A stretch of 64,000 nt of DNA from Holosporales bacterium (GCA_947449005.1 CANFPP010000005.1:2880-66879), one strand, 5' to 3'. Shown: positions 1-9,445, counted from the first letter of the stretch. Notes: generated by a model from the sequence alone, not told the origin. Numbers and translations: made by a program.

Positions 1-1
1 A

Positions 2-109
2 AATAAATGGTGCCGTGTTGAAGCTCAAAGTCCTGACGGCAGTAGTTATCGTGGTTGGATCAATCGCGGAAATCTATGGGGCGTTTATGCCCATGAGGCA
101 AAAATTTAA
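2..109 (+). CDS. 3' end of a gene entering from upstream; SH3-like (DUF1058-type) C-terminal fragment
   Basis: Open frame runs off the left edge and ends at TAA 107-109. The tail NKWCRVEAQSPDGSSYRGWINRGNLWGVYAHEAKI resembles the bacterial SH3-like motif (W-C-x-V ... GW ... LWGV). Recognised from memory only. Confidence 0.4.
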   Translation, partial: NKWCRVEAQSPDGSSYRGWINRGNLWGVYAHEAKI

Positions 110-111
110 TA

Positions 112-894
112 ATGGACTCAATTACGGACGCACTCATTATTGTAAAGGATTTATTCCTTTACTCAAAAGATCTTGATAAGAAGCCTATTCTTAATAATGT
201 TTCTTTGTCCATTCCATTTAAAAAAATCATGACAATTATTGGGCCAAATGGTGCTGGGAAAACTTCTCTTTTAAAAGTCATTTTGGGCCTTACTCCCTAT
301 TCATCTGGAACTCTTTGGAAGAAACCTGATTTAAAAATTGGTTATATGCCTCAGCGCATTACCTTAAATCCTCTCCTTCCTTTAACAGTCTATGATTTGC
401 TGAAATTATCTGTAACGAATAAGTCTTCTAAAATAGATGAAGTTATGGAAGAGGTTGGGGCACATTATTTAAAGGATCAACGTCTTACCACTCTATCGGG
501 AGGCGAGCTACAGCGAGTCTTGCTTGCGCGAGCTCTTTTGACAGAACCAGACTTGCTTGTGTTGGATGAGCCAGCGCAAGGTATTGATGTTCTGGGGCAG
601 GACGAGCTTTATAAAATGATTGGTGATATTCGAGATAAAAGAGGCTGTAGTATTTTATTGGTATCTCATGATCTCCATCTCGTCATGGCTGCTAGTGACA
701 AGGTTTTGTGTCTGAATAAACACGTCTGTTGCTCCGGTCATCCTGATACAGTAATGAATCACCCTGACTATAAAACTCTGTTCACATTTACAAAACAAGA
801 AGTTTTCCTTGAGAACTTAGCTCACTACACCCATCATCATGACCATCGTCACGATGAGCTTCTTCATCAAAAACATGATAAAGATTGTTGCTAA
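112..894 (+). CDS. znuC: zinc ABC importer ATP-binding protein
   Basis: Walker A GPNGAGKTS, ABC signature LSGGELQR, Walker B LLVLDEP and H-loop SHDLH are present. His/Cys-rich tail HYTHHHDHRHDELLHQKHDKDCC is present. The ORF overlaps the downstream permease gene. Confidence 0.85.
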   Translation: MDSITDALIIVKDLFLYSKDLDKKPILNNVSLSIPFKKIMTIIGPNGAGKTSLLKVILGLTPYSSGTLWKKPDLKIGYMPQRITLNPLLPLTVYDLLKLSVTNKSSKIDEVMEEVGAHYLKDQRLTTLSGGELQRVLLARALLTEPDLLVLDEPAQGIDVLGQDELYKMIGDIRDKRGCSILLVSHDLHLVMAASDKVLCLNKHVCCSGHPDTVMNHPDYKTLFTFTKQEVFLENLAHYTHHHDHRHDELLHQKHDKDCC

Positions 895-1676
895 TGGATA
901 CGTATAGTTTTGTAATAATGTCTGTGGTTGCCGGCTTGGGATTATCTCTTATAACTGGCCCCATTGGTTGTTTTCTGTTGTGGAAACGTATGGCTTTTTT
1001 TGGTGATGCTCTTTCTCATAGTGCACTTTTGGGCGTGGTTCTGGGGACTATTCTGCACATTGATATCCATCTTGGTATTGTTATTGTTTGTATTTTAATG
1101 GCGATGATCTTAGCTTTTTCTAATGAGAAATTTAACCTTTCTGCAGACGCTTGGCTTGGGATCGTTTCTTATAGCTCTCTAGCATTAGGTGCTCTTCTTC
1201 TCAGTAAGCTTGATCGCACAATCATTGATCCTTCTAGCTATTTATTCGGAGAAATTCTAGCTATCGATTTTTATGATCTAGCTTGGATATATGGTTGCGG
1301 CATTATAGTTTTAGGTTTTCTTAAGCTTAAGTGGCGCTCTTTAATGTTGTGGACTATTGATGAAGATTTTGCGCAAACCACTGGTGTAAAACTGACTTCT
1401 CTGCGAATTGAATTTATGCTTATCTTGGCTTTAGTCATTGCTGTTACTTTAAAAGTTGTGGGAGCCTTACTCGTTCCTGCGTTATTAATTATCCCAGCAG
1501 CAGCGGCAGGAAAGCTTAGCCGAAACCCTAAGCAGATGGTTTTTTATTCAATAATCATAACTGCTTTATCAGCACTAATTGGTCTTGCTGCATCCTTTGC
1601 TATCAACTTACCCTCTGGTGCTACTATTGTTATTACTAGCCTTGTTATCTTCTTATTAATTCAAATTAAGAAATAA
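885..1676 (+). CDS. znuB: zinc/manganese ABC-3 family permease
   Basis: 263-aa polytopic membrane ORF of ZnuB/MntB type (GPIGCFLLWKRMAFFGDALSHSALLG). It is translationally coupled to znuC. Confidence 0.85.
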   Translation: MLLMDTYSFVIMSVVAGLGLSLITGPIGCFLLWKRMAFFGDALSHSALLGVVLGTILHIDIHLGIVIVCILMAMILAFSNEKFNLSADAWLGIVSYSSLALGALLLSKLDRTIIDPSSYLFGEILAIDFYDLAWIYGCGIIVLGFLKLKWRSLMLWTIDEDFAQTTGVKLTSLRIEFMLILALVIAVTLKVVGALLVPALLIIPAAAAGKLSRNPKQMVFYSIIITALSALIGLAASFAINLPSGATIVITSLVIFLLIQIKK

Positions 1677-1762
1677 TTTTAATAAAAATCTAATATTTTA
1701 CTTGGCAGATTATTTGTTATAAATTTTAAGTATCAAGTTTTTGTTTTTGAGCTGAGATATTT

Positions 1763-2473
1763 ATGAGTGACAAGAAGAACATAGAATCACTAATTTCTCG
1801 CTTTTCTAATGAAAACTCGCTTCTTGGAATAAAAAAAGTCTTTATAGAGATCTGTAAACATTATTCCTTTGACCAATTTGTTCTTGCAAAATTTTATTAT
1901 TCTAAAAACTTATTGAACTATGAATTATGCTCAGATAATTATCCATTAGAGTGGATGAAGCGCTATGTAAAGAACCAGTATTACTTGAACGATCCCCGCC
2001 TTAAAGATTTTGGTACGATACACCCTCCAATTATCTGGGATCTAAAAAAGGAAACAAATGGATTGTCTCCAATTCAAAAAGTAATTTTTAAAGAAGCTTG
2101 TGAATTCAATGCTGAAAAAGGCATGACGATCCCATTTAATGTTCAAAAAGGCTCTCAAGCTTATATATCAGTTCTTCGTAAGAAGAAAATTAATCAAGAA
2201 GCTTTGCGCATCCTAACTCTTGCAACGGATCTTTATTTTGAAAGGAAAGATTTCTTTGAATCTAAAGAATTGATTGCAAACCTGACCCCACGTGAGCATG
2301 AAGTTCTTACTTTAAAATCAGAAGGTCTTTCTGCCAAAGAAATCGCAAAATTGCTTCAAATTTCTGAGAGCACTGTTACATTCCACCTTATAAATATTAA
2401 AAAGAAACTCCACACAAACTCTATTGATCACACAATGTTTAAATTTGGCATTGCAATTGCACGAAGCAATTAG
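1763..2473 (+). CDS. LuxR-family transcriptional regulator with autoinducer-binding-type N-domain
   Basis: W-x3-Y-x8-DP-x13-W-x27-G spacing matches the conserved LuxR/TraR ligand-pocket residues. C-terminal GerE-type HTH is present (TPREHEVLTLKSEGLSAKEIAKLLQISESTVTFHL). Confidence 0.8.
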   Translation: MSDKKNIESLISRFSNENSLLGIKKVFIEICKHYSFDQFVLAKFYYSKNLLNYELCSDNYPLEWMKRYVKNQYYLNDPRLKDFGTIHPPIIWDLKKETNGLSPIQKVIFKEACEFNAEKGMTIPFNVQKGSQAYISVLRKKKINQEALRILTLATDLYFERKDFFESKELIANLTPREHEVLTLKSEGLSAKEIAKLLQISESTVTFHLINIKKKLHTNSIDHTMFKFGIAIARSN

Positions 2474-2615
2474 TAGGGAAAAACTAAACCTTAAATCAAA
2501 AAGAATAGATTTCTTAATATTTTATTAATTAGACCACCAAAGTTATTTACTCAGAAGAATATTTAACATATATTCTGATCGTTAAATTTTAATATTGTTT
2601 TGCGCTAAGAGATAT

Positions 2616-3326
2616 ATGAATAATAAAAGCATAGAATCATTGCTTTCTCGTCTTTATGAAGAAGAGTCACTTTGTGGTACTAAAGAGGCATTTATAGAAA
2701 TTTGCCGTCACTATTCAATGGATCAATTTTTTCTTGGATCTTGTCATTATCATAAAGATGGTGCATTAAACTTTGAATTATATTCGGATAGTTACCCTGT
2801 TAACTGGATGACTCATTACGTGCAAAATAAATATAATTTAGATGATCCTCGTTTAAAAGAATATGGTAAAATACGTCCTCCGTATACTTGGGAATTAGAT
2901 AAGAAGAACATAGAGTTATCAGCAGTTCAACAGAATATTTTCAAGGAATCATGTGATTTTGGGGTTGCAAAAGGTTTGACAGTTCCTTTTTATCCAAAAA
3001 ATGGTATTCAACCTCTTTTGTCAGTATTCAATCAAAAGACACTTCACCCAGAAGCTCTACATATTCTAACATTTGCAACGAAACTTTACTTTGAGAGAAA
3101 AAAATTTTTTGAATCTAAGAAATTGATATCAAATTTAACTCCACGTGAGCATGAAATTCTCACCTTAAAATCTGAAGGTTTGTCGACTAAATCAATTGCA
3201 GATCGACTTCAAATTTCTGAGCACACCATTACATTTCATCTCATAAACATTAAAAAGAAACTCCACACAAAATCTATTGATCACACGATGTTTAAGTTTG
3301 GTGTTGCAGCAGCAAGAAGTAATTAA
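2616..3326 (+). CDS. LuxR-family transcriptional regulator, tandem paralogue
   Basis: Roughly 60% identical by eye to the upstream LuxR, with the same conserved-residue spacing and HTH. The ATG at 2616 (MNNKSIESL) aligns with the paralogue N-terminus. The track start at 2595 is a TTG. Confidence 0.8.
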   Translation: MNNKSIESLLSRLYEEESLCGTKEAFIEICRHYSMDQFFLGSCHYHKDGALNFELYSDSYPVNWMTHYVQNKYNLDDPRLKEYGKIRPPYTWELDKKNIELSAVQQNIFKESCDFGVAKGLTVPFYPKNGIQPLLSVFNQKTLHPEALHILTFATKLYFERKKFFESKKLISNLTPREHEILTLKSEGLSTKSIADRLQISEHTITFHLINIKKKLHTKSIDHTMFKFGVAAARSN

Positions 3327-3926
3327 TCAATCAAAATCTATGCTTAAGGCGTTTCTGATGTTTTCTGGTATTAAGGTTTTGTGGGTATAGTGAGGATGCG
3401 TAACTTCCAAGATAATGTCTTGATCTGATTGCTTAAACGATTCAACCTGCTCTACTGAAAAAAGAAATCTTAAAAAGTGAATGGAAGAAGTTTTGCCATC
3501 GTCTGCTGTGCGACCTTCTTCATCTTCTGGTATTGCTTTAATAGTGTGATCTGCAAAACGCAGTGAGATCATTTCTTCAATATGAGTTAGCAGTCTTAGT
3601 GTCTGTACGCGTCGCTCAAGATCATTAATCTCAATCATCATTGTTGCAACAAGCTCTGCGGATCCATCACTTTGTTTTTGTGGGATAAGAGGATTGTAAG
3701 CAGATAACTCATCTGCAATCTGCTCATCTCCTCCTTTTTCAATGCGAAGCATTTCTTGAATTTGCCACAGAAGAGTTTGATCGTTTTCAAAATAAAGCAT
3801 CATATCTGGCCCTAAGGACAGGCGACGATTTTTCTTTAACTCAAGAATTTTTTGATGCTTTTGAGGGCGAGTTTCAAGGAATTCTTGAGGGCTTAAGATG
3901 TCAGTTTGATATAATTTACGTTTCAT
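3327..3926 (-). CDS. DUF3501-like protein
   Basis: 199-aa ORF with LYFENDQTLLWQIQEMLRIEKG ... AYNPLIP, resembling DUF3501 family members from memory. It overlaps the upstream Fe-S oxidoreductase gene by 4 nt. Confidence 0.55.
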   Translation of the reverse strand: MKRKLYQTDILSPQEFLETRPQKHQKILELKKNRRLSLGPDMMLYFENDQTLLWQIQEMLRIEKGGDEQIADELSAYNPLIPQKQSDGSAELVATMMIEINDLERRVQTLRLLTHIEEMISLRFADHTIKAIPEDEEGRTADDGKTSSIHFLRFLFSVEQVESFKQSDQDIILEVTHPHYTHKTLIPENIRNALSIDFD

Positions 3927-5254
3927 ACTAATCCATACGATTTTGCGAAAATTTCAATAGGGTGTGCGCTGGTGAAGCTAGTCTCATTATTATACACTTG
4001 TTCAATTCCTTGTATAATATGATCTGCCGCTAAAGGGCACTCTGAAAGCACTAAGTGGTTATTATTTTTGAGAGCTTGTCGTACGACGGGTTTCCCTACT
4101 TTTAAAGCAACCTCAAAGTTATCTTTCATCATGCCCCAAACGCCACCGTGACCCGAGCATCTTTCAATGACTTGAATTTCAGTGTCGGGAATTAATCGAA
4201 GCATTTCGGCGGCTTTATTTCCTATGTTTTGAGCTCTGGAGTGACAAGCTATGTGCAGAGTAATATTCTGTCCTAAAGATTTGAGTCCTGAAGCAAGTCC
4301 CACTTCCTTTGAGAGTTTAATAATATATTGGCTAATGTCGTGAGTTGCCTCTTTCAAAAGGCTAATATTTTCGTCGTTCGGCAGAATCAATGGCCATTCT
4401 GATTTTAACATTAGAGAACACGAAGGTATTAACGAGACAACTTCATAACCCTTTTCAATCCATGGCCTAAGTTCTGCTGCTACATGTTTTGCTGCTTTTG
4501 CAACGGCAGCGATGTCTCCTTGTTCAAGTGAGGGCATACCACAGCATCCAGGATAAACAACTTCACTCTCAACGCCGTTGTGCGCAAGCACGGCTCGTGC
4601 AGCCATTCCAAGGTCAGGATTATTATAGTTAGCGAAGCACGTAGCATAAATGACAACTTTGCGACCAAAAGCTGGCGCATCAATATTTACAGTTAAAGGA
4701 TTTTTCTTTGCTTGACGGACAAAGGTGTGACCAGCGTACTTTGGAACAGAGGCCTTTTTGTGGATGTCAAAAACATGCTCTGCAACAGAACGCGTCACTG
4801 TATTCTTTGCTGCCCAATTCACAATACCAGAGAATGTAGTAGCGACTTTACCATTCCGGTCTACTTTTGCCAGTTCTTTAGAGGCGGCGCTAACGGAGCC
4901 TTTTTGGAATTCTGCGGCGCGATATCGCAGCATTAAATGCGGAAAATCTAGATTAAATTCATGAGGAGGCACGTAGGGACATTTGGTCATGAAACACATG
5001 TCACAAAGTGTGCAGGCTTCAACAACTGGTGCAAAAGCTATGCTTTCTACAGCATCAAGCTCTCCGGTTGAAGAAGCATCTACAAGATCAAATAACTTTG
5101 GGAAGCTATCACAAAGATTAAAACAACGACGGCAACCATGGCACACGTCAAAGACTCTGCGCATTTCCTCATCGATTTTCTCTGCATTTAGAAAATCAGG
5201 ATCTGTCCAGTCAATGATATGACGTGTTGGTGCCTCAAGGCTGCCTTCGCGCAT
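3923..5254 (-). CDS. (Fe-S)-binding oxidoreductase, GlpC/HdrD/LutA-like with CCG-type Cys-rich domains
   Basis: Two ferredoxin-type clusters ([15 protein letters not shown]; [17 protein letters not shown]) followed by Cys-rich repeats (YATCFANY...PGCCGMP; CHSRAQN...ERCSGHGG). Confidence 0.75.
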   Translation of the reverse strand: MREGSLEAPTRHIIDWTDPDFLNAEKIDEEMRRVFDVCHGCRRCFNLCDSFPKLFDLVDASSTGELDAVESIAFAPVVEACTLCDMCFMTKCPYVPPHEFNLDFPHLMLRYRAAEFQKGSVSAASKELAKVDRNGKVATTFSGIVNWAAKNTVTRSVAEHVFDIHKKASVPKYAGHTFVRQAKKNPLTVNIDAPAFGRKVVIYATCFANYNNPDLGMAARAVLAHNGVESEVVYPGCCGMPSLEQGDIAAVAKAAKHVAAELRPWIEKGYEVVSLIPSCSLMLKSEWPLILPNDENISLLKEATHDISQYIIKLSKEVGLASGLKSLGQNITLHIACHSRAQNIGNKAAEMLRLIPDTEIQVIERCSGHGGVWGMMKDNFEVALKVGKPVVRQALKNNNHLVLSECPLAADHIIQGIEQVYNNETSFTSAHPIEIFAKSYGLV

Positions 5255-5262
5255 GTTTTATT

Positions 5263-5685
5263 TTATGCTAGGGTGTCAAGGGCACGTTGGAAACGACCAG
5301 CATGTGATTTTTCTGCTTTTGCTAGTGTTTCAAACCAATCAGCAATCTCATCAAAACCTTCTTCTCTGGCTGTTTTCATCATGCCAGGATACATATCTGT
5401 GTATTCATGAGTTTCACCTGCTATTGCTGCTTTAAGGTTTAGAGATGTCTCTCCAATGGGTAGGCCTGTTGCAGGATCGCCAACTTCTTCCAAAAACTCT
5501 AAATGTCCGTGGGCGTGTCCGGTTTCGCCTTCAGCTGTTGAACGAAACACAGAAGCAACATCATTATATCCTTCGATATCAGCCTTTTGAGCAAAATAAA
5601 GATAACGTCGATTTGCTTGTGATTCGCCAGCAAAAGCTTCTTTCAAATTAGTCTCAGTTTTGGACCCTTTTAATGATGAAACCAT
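5263..5685 (-). CDS. rubrerythrin-family diiron protein (no rubredoxin domain)
   Basis: Ferritin-like diiron motifs are present ([43 protein letters not shown]). At 140 aa there is no CxxC rubredoxin module. Confidence 0.85.
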   Translation of the reverse strand: MVSSLKGSKTETNLKEAFAGESQANRRYLYFAQKADIEGYNDVASVFRSTAEGETGHAHGHLEFLEEVGDPATGLPIGETSLNLKAAIAGETHEYTDMYPGMMKTAREEGFDEIADWFETLAKAEKSHAGRFQRALDTLA

Positions 5686-5745
5686 TTTATTCTCTCTTTT
5701 TTAAGCTATTAATATGGCTACTATTGGGGTCAATTTTCACTTACG

Positions 5746-6228
5746 TCAATAAGGAATTTTGTCTAGTTTGTTCTGCCAAGATTCAAAAACCTTAATGGCC
5801 TCATGAGATAATAGCCGATGCATTGGCAAACTACGCAATTCCAGAGAAAGAGGAATTTCACGGTATAAAAATTCGTCATCAAAACCTATAGCTGCTGCTT
5901 CAAAGCGTGTATTTGCATAATAAATAGTCTCAATTCTTGCCCAATAAGTTGCTGCTAAACACATCGGACAAGGCTCGCAGCTTGTATAAAGAGTTGCACC
6001 TTTTAACGAAAAATCTTTCACATGACTGCATGCATCACGAATTGCAACAACTTCAGCATGGGCTGTGGGGTCATAACTTGAGGTTACTTGGTTCCATCCT
6101 TGGCCAATAATTTCACCGTTAAGAACGATAATGGCTCCAAAGGGGCCGCCTGCACCTGTTTGCATGTTTCTATCAGATAGATCGATGGCATGCTGCATAA
6201 AATGTTCATGAGATTTTTGTGTGTTCAT
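5746..6228 (-). CDS. guaD: guanine deaminase (CDA-fold, GuaD-type)
   Basis: Zinc motifs HAEVVAIRDA and CEPCPMCLAA are present. The protein is collinear by eye with Bacillus subtilis GuaD along its full length (GGPFGAIIV..., DPTAHAE, YWARI, GFDDEFLYREI). Confidence 0.75.
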   Translation of the reverse strand: MNTQKSHEHFMQHAIDLSDRNMQTGAGGPFGAIIVLNGEIIGQGWNQVTSSYDPTAHAEVVAIRDACSHVKDFSLKGATLYTSCEPCPMCLAATYWARIETIYYANTRFEAAAIGFDDEFLYREIPLSLELRSLPMHRLLSHEAIKVFESWQNKLDKIPY

Positions 6229-6268
6229 TATATTCCTCTAAAATAAAGATGATGATTAATAATCTAAA

Positions 6269-6718
6269 GATCAACACCTTAATGGATATTGGATAAGGTG
6301 CCTTTCAAATTTCGTACATGATAGTTTTGCTCAAAAAATTAAGTCCTATGACATTTCTGTTGAACAATGGGTTGTTTTAAGAACGCTTTTTAATAACGAA
6401 GGAATAACCCTTCAAGAAGCATCAGCTTTAGTTGGTGTTGATAACAGCTCTTTATCAAGGATGATTGAAAGATTGGTTGTAAGAGGTTTAGTCATTAGAA
6501 CCATACATCCCAATAGTCGTCGGACTCTTGTTTTAACTTTATCTTCCACAGCCAAGAAGCTGGTGCCTTTATTAGCTCAAGAAGCTGATAAAAATGATTT
6601 GGAATTTTTTAAAACTCTTCAATCCTCAGAGAAGAGTTTTTTTCTTAATACAATAAAAGACCTACTTCTAAAGAATGGTTGGGATAAAAGAACAAGAGGC
6701 AAGGACACTATGAAATAA
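6269..6718 (+). pseudogene. MarR-family regulator lacking a usable start for its N-terminal half
   Basis: The frame is open from the TAA at 6266, and its translation shows a MarR wHTH (ISVEQWVVLRTLFNNEGITLQEASALVGVDNSSLSRMIERLVVRGLV). No ATG/GTG/TTG occurs in frame before 6461, which would begin mid-recognition helix. Confidence 0.5.
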
Positions 6719-6777
6719 CTATGCCGGGCAAAGTCGTTACAAAAAATTAACATCTTCACTTCAGAAAAGTACGTATA

Positions 6778-7734
6778 TTAACGTGCTTGAGCTTGAGGAT
6801 ATTGATTGTTGGGGGCTTGATACAGTTGATTAGCTGGTTGGTAGGTAACCGTAGGTTGAGCAGCATATTGTTGTTGAGGTTGATATGGCTGTTGTTGTGT
6901 CGGTCCTGGATACCCAACTGGATAAGAGGGCTGCATGGCTTGCTGTGATCTTTGTTGCTGTTGAACTGCAAGGTGTTGCTCTGCGTATCGTGCCACTTGT
7001 ACCGGAACTTCGTATTGGTATTGAGCTTGGGCTTGTGACACTTTAAGGGAAGTGGGCATTCGTTGATTCGGGATTTCCATTGGGATAGCTCCGGCAACAC
7101 GTGTTCCAGGATTCGATCCTTCGGGAAAGGTTCTGTTTGAAACTAACATTGCTGCATTTGGGCTTGGAGTATGCGTTGAATGTTGAGCCATTAATTCTGG
7201 CGCATTGTTTTTATGAGAACTCAATCCCAACATGGACACTGCTGCCAAGAATCCGGTTAAGAAGAACAAGGCTCCCATAAACATTAATCCAAAAATCAAG
7301 CCAAAAATCGATATTTTATTCATGGAAAATGGCACTTCCTCTTCAAGCCAGCTAAGATTGCTGTGTTTTAAAAAACGATTATCTTGTGTCGTAACGAATT
7401 TATTAATAGTAACATTTTTATTTTTTATTTTCTTAGAAAATTGAGAAATTTGTGAAAATAATGATTTTTTCTTGAATTTCTTTTTCTTCGGTTTTAAAAA
7501 ATTTGGCATTGGTGCTTGTGTTATTTGCCCATAATTTGCGGGTTCGAAGCTAAAATGAGAAGGCAGATCAGACGAGCTGAGGTTTGGGCGGAACCACTCA
7601 TCTGATTGCGTCATGAAAGGGTCTCGCGGCTCTTCCCAAGGAAAATCAAACTGGCGGTTACCATTCGGCGAAGAAAATCTGTTATTTTCAGATGAAGCAA
7701 AATGCAGATTCGAAGATCGCCCTTTGCCATTCAT
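6778..7734 (-). CDS. hypothetical membrane protein with Q/P/Y-rich low-complexity C-terminus
   Basis: 318-aa ORF with a central hydrophobic stretch (ISIFGLIFGLMFMGALFFLTGFLAAVSMLGL). It is followed by a Gln/Pro/Tyr-rich tail (QQQPYQPQQQYAAQPTVTYQPANQLYQAPNNQYPQAQAR). Confidence 0.55.
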   Translation of the reverse strand: MNGKGRSSNLHFASSENNRFSSPNGNRQFDFPWEEPRDPFMTQSDEWFRPNLSSSDLPSHFSFEPANYGQITQAPMPNFLKPKKKKFKKKSLFSQISQFSKKIKNKNVTINKFVTTQDNRFLKHSNLSWLEEEVPFSMNKISIFGLIFGLMFMGALFFLTGFLAAVSMLGLSSHKNNAPELMAQHSTHTPSPNAAMLVSNRTFPEGSNPGTRVAGAIPMEIPNQRMPTSLKVSQAQAQYQYEVPVQVARYAEQHLAVQQQQRSQQAMQPSYPVGYPGPTQQQPYQPQQQYAAQPTVTYQPANQLYQAPNNQYPQAQAR

Positions 7735-7914
7735 TCCTTTTCTCCCTTATGTTATCAATTTAATTTTTACTTTAACGTATTTATTTAAATTTTTATACAC
7801 TATTTTAATGAATTTCTATTTATTTTTAGATTTGTACTGCAGTATATACAGTCATAAAGTTTAGCTTCTTCAATTTGATAAAGTGAAAATGATCAGCTCT
7901 GTATCTTAAACGTC

Positions 7915-8457
7915 CTAATTCGGGATTTTAATAGCGTTCTTTTTATAAACACCAACACCAAGATTTACAAGGGATTGACGCAAGACTTCATCTTCAATAT
8001 TTGCGACTTGTTCGGTGATTTGAGCCATAACTTCAGCCGGAACAGGAGTTTCCTTTTTCTCAAGTTTAACTTCTGGCTTATGGCGAAGTGGGCCTTGGAG
8101 AATGACAAGCTTACTAACCGCTTGATAACCAAAATAGCTATTAATTTTCTCTAAGATCAATGGTTCTTGATAGGTTATTGCAACCGCCATTGCACTAGAA
8201 GCTCTCACGGTTAATCGTCCATTTTGTCGCTGTTTATAAGGGAATGTTAGTTTTTCAACCTCACAAAATCTTGCAAATTCAGGTCCCACAATTTGCGGCC
8301 AATCTAACAAAACGCTCGCTGAAACAAAACCATGGCTTTGAAATATAGGAGTTGCTAATCTGCCGATAAAAGAACCAACAGTTTTGGCATAAGTATGACG
8401 AGGATTAAAAGTTCGATTAGAAGTCATGTATAAAGTATATCCCAAGTCCGACACCAT
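7915..8457 (-). CDS. DUF721 domain protein (DciA-like)
   Basis: DUF721-type pattern (LLDWPQIVGPEFARFCEVEKLTF...GRLTVRASSAMAVAITYQEPLILEKINSYFG). It is divergent from mutY. An alternative ATG start lies at 8427. Confidence 0.6.
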   Translation of the reverse strand: MVSDLGYTLYMTSNRTFNPRHTYAKTVGSFIGRLATPIFQSHGFVSASVLLDWPQIVGPEFARFCEVEKLTFPYKQRQNGRLTVRASSAMAVAITYQEPLILEKINSYFGYQAVSKLVILQGPLRHKPEVKLEKKETPVPAEVMAQITEQVANIEDEVLRQSLVNLGVGVYKKNAIKIPN

Positions 8458-9445
8458 TCACCAGTTATTATTGACTTGGTATGATCAGCATCAACGCACT
8501 CTGCCTTGGCGCGCACTCCCCGGTCAACTCGCGGATCCATATCATGTTTTCTTAAGTGAAATTATGCTTCAGCAAACAACTGTAGTGACAGTTAAAGATT
8601 ACTTTGAAAAATTTCTCAGAAAATGGCCAACAATCACTCATCTTGCATCAGCTTCATTGGATGATATTTTGCATCTTTGGCAAGGGCTTGGTTATTATGC
8701 AAGAGAGCGTAATCTTCACAAATGTGCGAATGTTGTCGCCAATGAACTGAATGGGGGGTTTCCAAAAGACGAGAAAGCTCTTTTATCACTGCCAGGAATT
8801 GGTCCTTATACTGCTGCTGCGATTGCTGCGATTGCTTATGATCAACCAACGATTGCAGTCGATGGTAATGTTATTCGTGTTTTTGCTCGTTTATTTCAAA
8901 TTGAAACTCCTCTGCCAAAATTAAAAGATCACGTTACAGATTGCAGTCGCAAGATGATTCCCTCAAAACGCAGTGGAGATTTTACTCAAGCTCTGATGGA
9001 TTTAGGGGCAACAATTTGCCGTCCGCAAAAGCCAAACTGTGCTGCTTGCCCACTTATTTCAATTTGCTTGGCCAATCAGAATAATCTTAGCGAGACTTTA
9101 CCGACAAAGGCTCAAAAGACAGAAAAACCAACACTCTATGGTACAGCATTTTTCACAACTAATAACCAACAACAGATACTGCTTCGCAAACGCCCAGAAA
9201 AAGGATTGCTCGGCGGGTTATGGGAGGTGCCAAACTCAAGTTGGATAAAGGAAGCACCGCAAAACACAAATCACTCTCAATTACTATCTATCGAAGTGAA
9301 GCATACATTTACACATTTCCATTTGCGTCTGAACATTATAAAGAGCAAATCCACTGAAGAGGGAACGTGGGTACATCCGCACGATTTAGAAAATTATGCT
9401 CTGCCAACTTTAATGAAAAAAGTTATAAAAGCAGCCTTAAAATAA
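8426..9445 (+). CDS. mutY: A/G-specific adenine DNA glycosylase
   Basis: HhH-GPD core (LPGIGPYTAAAIAAIAY), Fe-S loop CRPQKPNCAACPLISIC and a C-terminal NUDIX-like domain are present. The N-terminus LLLTWYDQHQRTLPWR is typical. Confidence 0.9.
   Translation: MYKVYPKSDTIHQLLLTWYDQHQRTLPWRALPGQLADPYHVFLSEIMLQQTTVVTVKDYFEKFLRKWPTITHLASASLDDILHLWQGLGYYARERNLHKCANVVANELNGGFPKDEKALLSLPGIGPYTAAAIAAIAYDQPTIAVDGNVIRVFARLFQIETPLPKLKDHVTDCSRKMIPSKRSGDFTQALMDLGATICRPQKPNCAACPLISICLANQNNLSETLPTKAQKTEKPTLYGTAFFTTNNQQQILLRKRPEKGLLGGLWEVPNSSWIKEAPQNTNHSQLLSIEVKHTFTHFHLRLNIIKSKSTEEGTWVHPHDLENYALPTLMKKVIKAALK

Noticed and set aside
4480-5651. Cluster of 60-79-aa ORFs on both strands
   Set aside because: All are embedded in the Fe-S oxidoreductase or rubrerythrin genes, which have clear motifs.
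6756-7100. 114-aa minus-strand ORF
   Set aside because: It is an alternative frame of the repetitive Q/P-rich part of the 318-aa ORF. The longer ORF explains the region.
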